The translations under genes and the position numbers were made by a program. The notes beneath the pieces are model-generated. The model was not told where the DNA came from and did no database searches. It saw only the letters and a program-made list of their open reading frames with translations. DNA of 64,000 bases from Lepidodermella squamata (Eukaryota; Animalia; Gastrotricha): assembly GCA_047495785.1 (NCBI GenBank), contig JBLDXI010000025.1, positions 868,001-932,000 of the forward strand. Reading direction: 5' to 3'. Positions 13,436-26,750 of the stretch are shown one piece after another. Each line of letters begins with the position of its first letter. The stretch's first letter is position 1.

Positions 13436-14969
13436 TTAAACATCGCTTGAACATGCTAAAAGCCAGCCTAAAAGAAATAAAAAATCATCAAAATCAGTCA
13501 TCAAAATTTATCACAAAAAAGCGCGAAATTTTTTGAATATAAAATTGGATAAAAATTCAAAAATTAAAATTAAAATTACTTGTAACAATCGGTTGTTTGC
13601 GACGAATGAATTGCTGCAGCTACCGGCAAAGCACCGGCCGATGAAGCGCTTACGATGAGTGTCAAAGAGCTGCTGACCAAGTCGCAGCTAGCCGTGGAAT
13701 CGACAAATAATACATGTAAATACATCGACAAATAATGTATATCGCGGGCATCAGATATTTTATCATAGACACGATGCATTAACGCCATTCTGATCAAGAG
13801 GCACCATAATAATTCGCCATCTTTTCCTCGAGATTCTCGAAATGAAAATATTTCTGGACTTTTCTCAGCTAATTCTTTCAGTTTTGACCGCATCGATTCG
13901 CCATGACTGCGAATTTGAACGCTGTTTGCGAAGTGGTACCAGTCTTGTTTGGTTGGGCAAATAGACCGATCCGCCGATAATTCGAGCCAATTCATGTGAG
14001 GATTTTTCTCTTCCAATTCATTGTTGTAAGAAAGAATCGCTGCAGCTGGGCTACCTTCCGCTTCCAGGTGATGAAGCATCGCATCTTTAACACAGGACCA
14101 AAATTTCGCCATCGTATAAAGCGGCTAAAACTCCGATGTTGTGGTTATGCCGCCACTCGATTTTAATTACAGTTGGATGAGAGGATAACAGATTGTCAAC
14201 TTCCAGGTGTTTGCGAGCTGCATTGCGGCTCTTCCTGGTGCCATCGTCGACCAGGGGCGCTTTTTCAGAAAGCGACATTTTACCGCCACAGTAGGTGATC
14301 TTTGTTTTCGGCGGCGCCCCACTGGCAGTGACGAGACGTTTCTGCGCTATTTCGTCGACCGATGCGCACATTTCTTGCGTGAATTATGCTGCCCGCTCTC
14401 GTGATCCGCATGAACACAAACCAAGTCTTCCTTGGCAACCAACTTCGTTCGCCTTCCCGTGCGGCTTAGGCTTGAAGTCGACTCGAGCCCGGCGCTGAAT
14501 TTCATTGACGAAACGGCCCCACTCGTTCGATCGATAAGGCGCGCGTAAAGTTAACGACCAACTCGCCGCGTTTTTCTGCTCAAACTTTTCGACAAAGTAG
14601 AGGAGGCGATATTCTCCTCGGGTAACAGACTCTGCACCTCGGGTGGAAGATCAGCAATACGTCTCAGGATTTAAACAATTTGTTTTATTATTTAGTCATT
14701 TCAATCCCATTATAATCCATTTGGCGCCAAAATTTGAATTTTAGATGGCGCGCAAAATTTCCCGATGCGCCGACCGTAACTGCTCGGCTGTTTCATGCTA
14801 GTAGGTCGCACGAGTCACCCGTCTCGCGCGCGGCGACTGAACATGTAATTACCTGCGGTGGCGACGCGCTCCCTCTCGCGCGGCTTTAATTGTGCGTTAC
14901 GATAGGGCGAAAGCGCCGGCCAATGAAAATGCGCGTGTGGAGGAAACTTAGGCGGGCCTGAAAATGTGC

Positions 14970-15198
14970 ATCGATCATCATATATCAATCGATTGCTGTA
15001 ATCAAGGGCTATCGATTGGTGCCAAATGGAATTACGTGCGGAAATTTGGAAATATGTTTTTTACCTTCAAAGTTAAAAAAATGCGGAAAATTCGTGTTTT
15101 TTGGCCAAAACTTGACCCTGAGTGTGCCGCGTGGACTTCGATTTGGCACCAATCGATAGCCCTTGATTACAGCAATCGATTGATATATGATGATCGAT
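14970..15198. repeat. Hairpin with perfect 58-bp arms inside the right MULE TIR
   Basis: 14970-15027 is the reverse complement of 15141-15198; it is absent from the left TIR. Confidence 0.85.
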
Positions 15199-15334
15199 AA
15201 TCACCCTCACTGTTTGGCCGCTATGACAGTTTAAAATATCGCTTATCCCGTATAGGCTTAAGCCTAAACCGTATAAGCTTAGATCCTCTATAGGCGTACA
15301 ACATATGTACTTATGTATGTAACGTGTTATTGTT

Positions 15335-15543
15335 ACCTGAAGGGCCAGGGACTGACAGTACTTGTTCTTCTCGGTACCATGATGAGGTAAAATTTTTGGA
15401 ATCGAAGCCAAATCGAGGCAACTGGCGCAACTTAGAGCCTATACAACAGACAATAATTTTCCCAAAAAATTATTACAAAAGCAACGAAGCTTACTGCTTA
15501 CTGCGAAGATGGGGCGATTTTCTGGAACTAAAGGTGAAGTCAT
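15335..15543 (-). pseudogene. Remnant of RING exons of a RING-Bbox-CC-ANK gene
   Basis: 'ALSCASCLDLASIPKILPH' fragment; paralogous to 31960-32250. Confidence 0.6.
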
Positions 15544-15714
15544 TTCAGACACTTAGGAGGTCTAATACAAACAGCAATATATTAAATGCAAAGTTTTATA
15601 AGTATTAAAAGACGGTAACAATTGGAATAGCGATTGGAATAAAAATGAGGAAGTGAGAAGTAATCAAAGTGTCAATGGTACTAAATTTGAATTGGTTGAA
15701 ATATTGAAACTAGT

Positions 15715-18343
15715 TTAATCGTCTGTGAGAGAGCGAATTCGATGTCGCATTTCTTCGGGGTACTTTTCATCCATCCTGTCGATCGGTTTTTGCCCTTGGC
15801 AGTTCTTCTGCCGCAACAGGTCGCCAGCCTCGAGGAACCCGAGCAGATACTCGAGAATTTGCAATCTTTCAGCTTCCAACAGTACAAAATGAAACACGTT
15901 GTAACCATCGCAAGTTTTCGCCGTGATATCAGCACCACGATTAATCAGTAACGCGACAGTTTCAGTGGCGTTGCTGACTATAGCCATATGCAACGGCGTG
16001 AAGTTGTCTGAATTCTCGAAATTCACTGAGAGATCGAAATTGTCCAACAAATATTCAACACACTGGGTTCCACGGGGCTCCATACAAGCGGAATGGAGAG
16101 CCGAACTGCCATTGAAATCAACCTTCTTTACGTTATCAGGGCATTTTTCGAGTGCAAATTTCAGCATGTCCAGAGATCCTGATTCCGCGGCAGCACTCAC
16201 TAAGTCTACCTCCTCGACTGTTATTACATTCACATCCAAGCCGCAGTTATTGATCAGGAATTGCGCCGCTACAAGTTGACCCCGCTTGGCAGCTGTTAAA
16301 AGAGCGTTGTCGCCGTATGCCTCATCTTTCAGTACCCTGTCACCGGATATACGGAGCAATAGTTTCATAATTTCGATTTGTCCATTAGCGACTGCTGCAA
16401 GGAACGGTGTCTTTTGGTTTTCAACGGCAACACTAGCTATTTCTTCGGGTTTTTGATTGAGGAGATATTCAACAACTTCCAATCGTCCGTTCGCTGCAGC
16501 TTCGTGGATTGGACCGTAGCTTGCTTTATTCATTTCACTCCTGTCCGCGCCTTTCGATAGCAAGTATTCTGCAACTTTCAAGTGACCCTCTCGACACGCA
16601 ATCAGAAAAGCGGAATCCTTCCCGTCACTCAAACTGGAGATGTTAGCATTGAACTCTTCCACGAGAACCTTCGCGCATTCCAGGGATCCGGACGCTCATC
16701 GTTTTCGTTCTCATCGGCAACACTAGCTACTTCTTCAGGTTTTTGACTGAGGAGATATTCAACAACTTCCAATCGTCCCTTTGCCGCAGCTTCGTGGATT
16801 GGACCGTAGCCTGCTTTATTCTTTTCACTCAAATCAGCGCCTCTCGATATCAAGTATTCCGCAACTTTCAAGTGACCCTCTCGACACGCAATCAGAAAAG
16901 CGGAATCCTTCCCGTCACTCAAACTGGAGATGTTAGCATTGAACTCTTCCACGAGAACCTTCGCGCATTCCAGGGATCCGGACGCAGTAGATTGATGAAG
17001 CAGAGTCTTCCCGCCATCACCCGGATCTTTGTGCTCGACAGCCAATGGGATGCAGATTTCCGGCAGTTTCCTCAACATTGTAGACAGATTGGGGAAATCG
17101 CCATTTCTCGCAGCGGCGTGGAATTGCTCGAAATGATTACTCTGTGATGAAACACCAAAAATTGTGGTTGGTGCAGTAGGCAGCATTCTTACCTTAGCCT
17201 CGTTAAGATCCGGAAGCTTGGCACAGGTCATTCGGAAAGAATCACTCAATTGTCTAGCAATTGTTTCCTTCACCTCCTGGTTGCAATGCAATTCAATGCT
17301 GGGAACATTCGACTTGCTAGCCACTTCAAGCTTAGCAATCTAAAGGCTGGAGTTAAAGACCGCTTTTTAGACTCCTTTCGAAGAACAATACCTGGTGGGC
17401 CTGCTGAGTCACTGCATGGTGAACTTTCACGAAGAGATCCCCCACTTCGCCAATGACAGATTGAGAATTCGCTTTTGCCACAAGATCTTCAATTTCAAAG
17501 TTGGCTTTTGATAAAGCATCAGCATCGATTGATGGCTTCGAAAATTCGAGGTATGCTTTCTTCATTCCGTCCAGCTCTCGATGTAAAGCTTCACGACGCT
17601 GCTCGATCGCAACAATGTAAGATCCAAGTAGATCTGAGAAAAAATGGTCGATTTGGTCCTTAACCACCGAAATTGATTGATCAATTCTTTCTTCTGCAGC
17701 TTCAAAGTTCTTCGCTGCCGATGAAAGAATTTCTTCGGAGCCGTGTTTTACCTGCAAAATTAGATATTTGAAAACGTTTGACGACATGAGTGTACTTACG
17801 AAGAAGTAGTTCAAATTGAACTCTTGGCGGATGCGTTCCATGTGGACGATAAAGCAAACCGAGCAAAATGTCTCTTGGCAATGTTTGCAGATTTGCAGGG
17901 TTTTCTTAGAAACGTTTTTGACGTGAATACAATTTTCTCCAAGTTTTGCCTCTTTTGCCGATTTCCTCTCGTTTTTAATCGCCTCAACAGCTCCTTTCAC
18001 AATGTAGTTGTCTCGAAAACCTAGAAAAGGGCATTACCATTTCAGTGACATCTTGATTATGGTGTTAACTGCAACGAACCAGCCACGCCTGAAGCCGGTA
18101 AGACCTGCTTTGTTCGGCATTCTGGGCAATTGAAATGAGCTCCATGTGGCTGATTTTCAACCTGTAGCAAGCAGCGCATGCAAAACGTGTGCCCACATTG
18201 AGGCAGAATCTTAGGATTTCCAGCCAGATCCAAGCAAATGGAACAGCTAAGAGCCTAGAAAGAAAGGACCACTGCCCAACGTCATTCATGCAATCTGAAA
18301 AACTCACCGCTACGACTGCAGGCGAATCAGCTAATGATGACAT
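15715..18343 (-). pseudogene. RING-Bbox-CC-ankyrin gene, subtype A; frameshifted by a ~280-bp internal tandem duplication in the ankyrin exon
   Basis: Near-identical to 33087-35484. The segment ~16700-16985 duplicates ~16420-16697 with a frameshift at the join. Confidence 0.8.
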
Positions 18344-18379
18344 TGAAATCAGTAAAACAATCCTACAAGAAATTTAAGA

Positions 18380-18956
18380 AATGCGAAATGCATTACATTG
18401 CAATTTGCCACGTTCAAAAAATCTATTTTAGCGCCTTTACGCAACAATAACTTAACTGTAGCAACAGCGCAATTGTCGGCCGCCACATGCAACGGTGCAA
18501 AGCCGTTTTTGCACTTGACGTCATTGTCGAATGGATGGTTTTCGAGCAGATAAGCCACGCATTCACTGCTTTACCCGACAACGCGGAGTGAAGCAGGGCA
18601 CATCGACCATATCTTTTATCTTCGACAACGCTTCTGGAAAATGCAAACAAAGTCTTAGCAGCTTCGATTTGACTGTTTCCAAGTGCAGCCAGAAACGGCG
18701 TCTGATTTTCGTCATCAACAGCTTCAGGGCACGTTAACGCCTTTCGCCTTCGCAACTGTCTTGTGAACATCCTTCAGACATTCCAGGCAGAACGTGTGGC
18801 CACATTGCGGTAAGGTTTAAGGGCTCTTCAATAGATCAAGGCACATTGCACAGCTAAGACCCTTCAATCGGATTATCATTAAAACAGCATCATGAGAGTA
18901 AAAGGGGAACTCACTGCAACAATGTTGCGGTCGTCATTTTTAGAAACCGTTGCCAT
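18380..18956 (-). pseudogene. Heavily deleted subtype-B RING-ANK copy
   Basis: Exon 1 'MATVSKNDDRNIVA', a RING fragment and ankyrin pieces matching 35570-38342. Confidence 0.7.
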
Positions 18957-19189
18957 TCGAACAATACAATACAATACAAATACAATAATACCTAAAATAT
19001 CTAAGTATATTAGGTTTATATTAGGCAGTATGATGCATTTATAGAAGTCAAACTTGTCTGAAAGTCGGACCAAATTAAAACTGTAAAAATTCATGTTGCA
19101 TAAAAAATTGAGAACAATATTCGCAGCGGCCTATTAAAACGACCCTTTAAAACGACGTGAGGTCATTACAAATATTTCAATTCGATAAA

Positions 19190-19390
19190 TTAACCGCTTT
19201 TGTGCAAACGCAATCGATCATGCACTGCTTCGGGATAATTTTCATCAACCAAGTTGGCTTCTCTCTTTGAGATTATTCGCCCGCATCGGTTTTCCTGCTT
19301 GGCAAGTCGTTTCAAGTCACCGTTGTTACCCCCAACATAGCTGCGATATCAGCCCCACGTCCAAGCAACAACGCTGCTCTTTGGCAGCAC
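19190..19390 (-). pseudogene. 3' ankyrin remnant (subtype A)
   Basis: Matches the ends of 22591-22830 and 38541-38790. Confidence 0.55.
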
Positions 19391-21012
19391 GGCAGGGGCT
19401 GTGAACTCACACCGGACAATGCATGGGGATTCAATTACTAAGGATGCTCTTTTGCCGTTTTTCTCTCATATCCGTGCTCTTTCTTTTTCCGTTGCGCAAT
19501 TTTCGTTTGAGCGAATAGCATAGAACTTATTTATTGAGTCCACCCAGATTTCCGGGAGGAAAACAGCTTGATGACGCAGCATTCTGCTGCTGAAAATAAG
19601 ACAGCATGCGTGAACAAAGTGCGTGACTTTTCGATTAAAATATGTTGTCACAAGCAGCAGGTGTCAAGCTGTTTTTTTTACTAACAACTACGATGACTAA
19701 GGCTACGAAGACGAAACTAATTGATGTTTCTCCCGCTAGTCCTTCAGTCAGACTTAAGCTGAAAAAGAGAAGTTGGGTGTGAAATAGTGAATTGCACACA
19801 AAAATATAGGCCAATTCGAAATTTAACGATGCAACACTCATAAATCGTTGATATTCGATTCGGCGGTTGTCAGCTAATACGCCAGATAAGGAAGACAACA
19901 TTTCTGTACAGTAGGCTGTGCACTAACACTATACTATATAACCCATTGCACGCTGTGTCCTGAAAGAATTTACTGGAAATGACCAAGGAATATCAATGAT
20001 TTAATGGTCTTTGTTGAGGGTAATTTTGAGATTCGCGGCGGCAACGTATCAGAAATTTCAAAGGCTTCATGAATAAAATATCCTTCCTTTTCAATAGTGA
20101 GGTTTTTCAAGGAACCTTCTTGGTTTGAAGATAGCCGGGTAGTATTTCGTCTTTCTAATATCTGATGCAACTTGCCTCCGATCTCCGATCATTTATAATC
20201 GTTTTTCTGTTGGTCTTCAGACACTGAGCGAAGTTTGGTAACTTGCATCTATATTATGCAGCAGGGTTCCAATTTCAAGCGGTTTGGTATAGTCTCAGGT
20301 CTCAGATCGACAACAATCGAGACCTTCCGCGATGCGACCACGATTTTCCACACGAGTAACTGGAGCTGATTCGTTTCAACAGTCGCAAGCTTGGAATTAC
20401 ATTTTCCATTTGCGAGTGGCCTGGCTCCACGCAGTTAGGATCGGTGATGTTGAGATTACGCTAACAGACAAAACCGCAAATAAAGCCTTGCTAATCTCAA
20501 TGTATAGAATTTCGTTGTGACATCCAGTTGTGTCGCTCAATTTTCGACTTCGGCAGAAACGGCAGAAACGAGTTGCAGAATCATTAACCAACTTCATCCG
20601 TTCCGCAACCTCCTGACATTTGACATTTGATCATTGTCATTGAATTCATGGCGTTTACTATAATAGATCTATGACCCAGCTCCGGACTTAATACGGCAAC
20701 ACAATGTGCTGTCAGCAACGATTCTGTATTGAATCCAGTGCATAGTTGCCTCCATGATAAAAATGTTTGAAAACCGGTCGAAAAACACCTGCAACACGTG
20801 CCTACAAAATATTATTTAAATGCTTCGTATAAGCTTCTTATAAGCTTCGTATAATCGATCAACCAGCCGTATCTTTGTTCGCAAAAAGCTGCGTCATCAA
20901 GCTGTTATTGTCCCGATGCACTGGAATGATCCCATAAATACTACCGCTAATTCGCCGAATTTCATTATTAACATTTTTCTTCCCAATAACTTGTTTCCTA
21001 TCCACAAGTAAA

Positions 21013-21382
21013 ATGGGCGGATCATTGCTCCCTGTATTGGCGGTTGTTATGGTGATCATCTCAGCTATCGCGGCGTTAAACTCGGGTAAGTTTTCTGATA
21101 CTGTTGTTCTTCAATGCGAAATTGAATCAATTTGTACTTTCAGGTATTGCTGGCTTCAAGAATGCTACAAAACGTTGCGATGCAGCAGACAAATCTAACA
21201 TGCTTGGCGTTGTTACGAGCATGAACGACGCTAAGATGTGCGCTGACAAGTGTAAACAGTTTGCTCCCTGCCGTGCTTTCGTCTATCTCACCAATTCACA
21301 TTATTACTGTGTCTTTTTTTCGAGCTGCGCCAACATGACAAACTTTGTCAAGGATGATGATATGCATTACATCAAGATCTAA
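21013..21382 (+). CDS. Small secreted PAN/apple-like protein, 103 aa; exons 21013-21085 and 21144-21382
   Basis: Hydrophobic signal peptide, phase-1 intron, and the pattern C..CADKC..C-x-AF..C..C typical of PAN modules. Confidence 0.75.
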
Positions 21383-21929
21383 AGTGTTGCGGAGCAGTAT
21401 TTCTGCTGAGAAAAGATGATTCGGATGCCCAAGTTTCTACGGAAGCCGAATCAAAGTTGATCAATTATCTCATCGCTTGATTGTTCTTAACTGCTTTGGA
21501 GAGGGAAATAAAGGAAATCAAGGCTTATAAGTAATAGCACTTCATTTCAGTTTAAACCTAACACAGCAATTCCATTTTCTATTGATATTGATATTGATAT
21601 TGATAAGTGTATCGGAGAATTATGCACGTAAATGCCTATCAGCTGACTTGGCAACTATTTACTATGGTAAGGTTAACTAGGCCTGCTTTGGACCATGGGC
21701 TATCTAAATGGGCCATGGGGTATCATGTTACATCTTGGTTATCAGATCTTTCGTGAGGGGCATAACCAGCCTTTCATGGCTGGGGGCCCGGCTCACATTT
21801 TCAGGGATCGCTCAAGGATCATGGAGCTATCAGGGATGGAAAAAAACTTACTTGCTGTATTGATGAAAATTACTTGTAATTTTAACTAGATTTAGCAACC
21901 TTTTTGGAATTCAAAGAGGGTGCCGAGCC

Positions 21930-22366
21930 GAAAGCCCCCGCCAACTGCTATAATTGACGCTTCCAGAGGTATTTGCGATTGGAATTGAGATCATTAAAAT
22001 GAAAGTTAAATCATCATTTACCTTTAAAAGCTTATCCTGGCCAGAAAATTGCGCAGGAATCTCCAATATTAACTTGCAATATCAACGAGCATGACTGTGA
22101 TCTTCTGCGAAAAAGCGGAGTTCCTAATTGGTGAATTGTCCGGGTTCTTCAACGCCTGAACACAGAATGCATTAAGCCGAGCAACAAGTAACAGGAGAAA
22201 CAACTTTTTCCGACAGGTCCGACAAAGATTTGTGGGTTAGAATGAACAGATGCGATGGATTTTTTGAAAGGGATCTTTTCATCGTCTCGAAATCAATTGG
22301 CGGATTCATGGATTGTCGCAGTAAATGGGGAACTTACTAGTCGTCATTTATGGAAACTGTTACCAT
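21930..22366 (-). pseudogene. Deleted subtype-B remnant
   Basis: Fragments of exons 1, 4 and 5; paralog of 42930-43399. Confidence 0.55.
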
Positions 22367-22590
22367 TCGAACAAAGACAAGAATATCAAAAATATCTAAA
22401 TATATCAAAAAAGGCATTATAATCAGCGTTTTATAGTAAACGTTTTCAACTTCGGACATTTCTAGTTTCGACCAAATAATAGAAAGAATTAATGTTGCAT
22501 GAAAAACTTGAGTGGATTTAAGAACAACATTCGCAGCAGCCGAATAAACTCTAGGAAACGACGTGAGTACAAATATTTCAATTGGATAAA

Positions 22591-25029
22591 TTAACAGCTT
22601 GTGAGCAAACGCAATCGATTATGCACTTCTTCAGGAGAATTTTCATCAACCAAGTCAACTAGCCTCTCCCCTCTGAGATTTTTCGCTCGCAGCAGTTTAC
22701 CAGCTTCAGGTCGCTCGAGCATTTGCTCCAGAACAGGCAAAAATGCAACATCGTGCAAAGCATAATGTAGAACGTTGTAACACCCAAGATTTGTAGCTGT
22801 GATATCAGCCCCACGATCAAGCAACAACGCAGCTGTTTCAATGGCATTGTTAGAGACCGCGATAAGCAACGGCGTGCTTTCTGCAAAGAAGCTCCAAAGA
22901 AAAATCGTAGTTATCCAACAAATATTCAACGCATTTAGTTCCACCGGACTCTTGGCAAGCGGCGTGAAGCAACGTAAACTCATCAGAATCAACATCATAG
23001 ACTGAGTCAGGAAGCTTTGAAATCGCAAATTTCAACATTTCAAGAGATCCAGATCCAGCGGCACAAATGAGGAAACTTTCGTCACGAGCTGTCAGCTCGC
23101 TGGGATTCATGTCACATTCATTAATCAGAAATTTCGCTGCTTCTACTTGGCCATGCTTCGCAGCAGTCATCAATGCATTGTCGCCGCTGTCATTGTCATC
23201 CAACACCTTGTTGCCAGATATTCGAATTAGAAGCTTCATCATTTCAATTTGCCCATTCGCAGAAGCCACTAGAAAAGGCGTCATATCGACATAACTCACG
23301 TTGCTGGAGATTTCTTCCGGATTTTGAGCGAGAATATATTCAGCGATCCCCAAATGTCCATTTGCAGCGGCTTCGTGGATCGGCGCAAATCCATTTATAT
23401 TCTTCAATGTCAAGTCTGAACCTTTTGATAACAAGTATTTTGCAACTTTCAGATGACCTTTCCGGCATGCTAGAAGAAAAGCCGTATCGCCCTCAGCGCT
23501 CGAAGCACAGATGTTGGCGCTGAAATCCTCTACTAGCATCTTGACGCATTTCAAGGATCCAGTTTCGCACGATTGCAGCAGCATAGTCTTCACATCGTCA
23601 TTATAATCTCTATGTTCGACTACTAAGGGTATGCAGATTTCGGGCAGCTTTTTCATAACCACAGACAACTTCGAAACATCGCCGCTTTTAGCAGCAGCAT
23701 GAAACTGATCAAACATATGATACTAAAGACAGTATTTTGAATTAATGATTATTAGGCCGGAAGAAATACCTCAGCAATGGCATCATCCAATTCCGGAGAT
23801 TTGGTTGAAGTTAATCGCAAGGCATTGACTAATTGATCTGCTATGGTTTTCTTAACCTCGAGATTGCAAGAGAAGTCAATTCTAGGAACGTCCAACTTGC
23901 TAGCAAGCACCAGTTTTGCGATCTGAATGTGAAAAATGAGAGAGGTACAGATTTACCATGGCCAGTTGCATAAATTTAAAAAATGAGGAAAGACAGGGAT
24001 TAGAATCATTATATTCATCGACAGCAATATTTTATAAGTAAGACATACTTTTTCAAAGAATGGTTATTTCAAATAGCGATACCTTGTTTGCCTGATTGGA
24101 AACCTTATCATGAACTTTCACAAAGACATCTCCCGTTTCGCCAAGAACTGATTTGGAGTTCGCTTTTGCTACAAGACCAGAGATTTCGGTTTTAGCCTTA
24201 GCGAGGCCTCAGTATCGATTGAAGGCCTTGAAATCTCCAGGTATTCCTTCCTCATAGCGTCAAGCTTTTCATGTAAAGTTTCGCGACGCAGTTCAACCGC
24301 AGCTTTGAATGATTCAACTAGATCCGAGCAACAGTTGTCAATTTGGCCTTTAACGTAAGACATAGTTCTATCAATTTTGTCTTCAGCAGTTTCAGAGTTT
24401 TTGGACGCGGGGGAGACAGCTTGCTCAAAGCAGTCTTCAAACTAGAATTAAAACAGAATAATCGGCTTGATTTCAGATACTGCAGAGGATTGCTTACAAA
24501 GAAATAGCTCAAGTTAAACTCTTGGCGGATTTGTTCCATATGAGCGACAAAGCAGATCGAACAGAATCTGTCTTCACAATGTTTGCAAAGTTTCAGATTT
24601 TTCTTCGGCAGACGCTGAGCGTGAGGACATTTTTCTCCAATGTTCGCTTCCTCGGCTAATTTCCTCTCGCTTTCAATCGCACAGACCGCTCCTTTGACAA
24701 CATAGTTGTCGGGCAAACCTTCAGCGAGAAATTATAACTATTTTTTAGTTTCAATGTTGAACTAACCGGTAATACCGGAGGGCGGTATGATCTGTCTCGC
24801 TCGACATTCTGGGCACTTGAAATGAGACTCGTTATTCTTGTAGACTTGCTCCTAGCATTTCCGGCAGAAGGTGTGCCCACACTGAGGCAACATCTTAGGA
24901 TTTTCTGCCAGATCCAAGCAAATAGAGCAGCTCAGAACCTGCAAATAAAGAACCACTGCTGAACGTCACTCATAGGATCTAACGAAAACTCACTGAAACG
25001 ATTGATGTAACGTCTGCTGATGATGACAT
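22591..25029 (-). pseudogene. RING-Bbox-CC-ankyrin gene, subtype A; premature TAG in the RING exon and a frameshift near 22880
   Basis: Six-exon structure retained. AAA TGC TAG at ~24852, where paralog 43623-47046 has TGC TTG. Confidence 0.8.
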
Positions 25030-25116
25030 TAAAATCAAGTAATAAGTAACTACGAATAAAAACGGATAGTGCAATGATCCACGAATTTAATTTCAGAACA
25101 TGACAAAGGTTTGTAA

Positions 25117-26750
25117 TCAGTTTCGTCCAGCTAATAACAACTGACGTTTCAAATCATCCGGCAAACTTTGGTCCATAACATCGATTGGTGTATTTCCGCT
25201 TGCGTTTTTGGTTTGTAACAAGGCCTTTACGCCAGGATGTCTGAGCAAAACTTGAATAATTTCAGCTCTGTTACCTCTTTCCAGAGCGGAATGCATCACG
25301 TTTTGATGACCTTTGGTGGTCACAATATTAATGTTAGCGCCTTTTCTCAACAACAGTTCAACTGTTGCGAGAGCGTTTGCGTGGACCGCTAAATGTAGAG
25401 CTGTGAAGCCGAATCTGCCCTTTGTGACGTCATTAACTGAAAACGAATGATATTCAAGCAAATAATCCACGCTCTTGCTGCCTTCCGGATTCGTGCAAGC
25501 GTTGTGTATAGCCAAATAACCAAGTTCGTCCGCTTCCATCAGCATATCTGGGCAGCGTTCTATCGCAAATTTCAGCATGGCCAAGTTTCCAGAATATGCG
25601 GCGCAGTGTATCAAATTTTCGTCTTTGTCAGACTTGGATTCGACAACAGCACCACATTCATAGAGCAAAAATTTGACAGCTTCAACCTGACCCTTGTAAG
25701 CGGCGTGGTGCAGCGCACAGCGTCCCTCAGCTTCTTTATCGTTCAAAACTCCCCTCGAGAACTCAAACATGGCCCTTGCAGCTTCAATTTTGCCATTCTC
25801 GACGGCAACAAGGAAAGGCGTCTTAGCATTTTTTCCAGAGATTTAATTGCATCAGGCGCTTTCTCTAGAATGAACTTGACAATGTCGACATGCCCATTCA
25901 GAATCTCCTTCAACATTTGAAGAGAGGACGTTGGAGTTATATTCTTCTATTATCAGTTTGACGCAATCCAGTGATCCAGCTTCAGATGATTGATGCAGCA
26001 TCGTATTTCCAGAATCACTTGAATCTCTATGATCAACAACCAATGGCACGCCAATATCAGGTAGCTTCTTCATAAGCGAGGACAACTTCGCTAAACAGCC
26101 TTCCTTCGCAGCTACGTGGAACTTTTCGAATTGAAACTTCTAGAAAGAGACTTTCGAAGGAATTTTTCTGATTAGGGGTCAAATTCTACCTCGAAACTAG
26201 CTTCACTGAGCTCCGGAGGGTTGATAGAAGTCAGTTCAAAAGCATCACTTAATTGATTCGCGGATGTTTTCTTGACCTCGCCATGGCAAGAAAATTCAAT
26301 TTTAGGATCAATCCGTTTGCTAACCAGCACAAGCTTCGCAATCTGTATTCAATTATTCACCGGAAAATGCATGAGTTTGTAATGAAGAAAACCTGATTTG
26401 CCTGCTTCGAAACCTCATCATGGACCATGGTCTTTCAAACTTAGGTTCATCGAAGGTTTAATTGAATGCCTTCCAAAACAATTCTAACTAACCAGCCACA
26501 CCTGACACCTGAAGCCGGCAACGCCTGATTTGTTCGGCATTCTGGGCACTGAAACGATGTTCCTTGTGGAAGCTTCTCAAACACCAGCTTCAAGCACCCT
26601 AGGCAATAGGTATGCCCGCATTGAGGCAGAATCTTGGGGTTTTCTGTTAGATCCAAGCAAATAGAGCAGGTTTTCCAAACTCGGAAGGATTCAAACTCTT
26701 CACAAAGAGCTCACCGCTACGATTGGAGGCAAATCGGCTGAAGATGACAT
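25117..26750 (-). pseudogene. Chimeric RING-ANK pseudogene: 5' part of subtype A fused out of frame to the 3' ankyrins of subtype B
   Basis: 25900-26750 matches 50830-52308; 25117-25899 matches 47164-47947. Confidence 0.75.

Larger units (their letters stand above)
8466..14630 (-). pseudogene. Disrupted MULE-type transposase with SWIM Zn finger (intron-containing, split by piggyBac)
   Basis: Motifs 'LFVDSTASCD', 'LFLTDDSDAEQEALKSVFPNATVLFCAFHILQAIWRW' (rebuilt across the TTAA site) and SWIM-like 'CSCPYGINGRFWKH'. Probable frameshift near 14100. The 5' boundary is approximate. Confidence 0.75.
8084..15302 (-). mobile_element. MULE/Mutator-like DNA transposon (SWIM-containing), interrupted by piggyBac
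   Basis: Long imperfect TIRs beginning GTTGTACGCCTAT... and including GAGGGTGATTATCGATCATC...GCACATTTTCAGGCCCGCCTAAG. Flanking duplication ATATGT (8078-83 and 15303-08). The paralogous empty site is at ~31925-31960. Confidence 0.85.
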
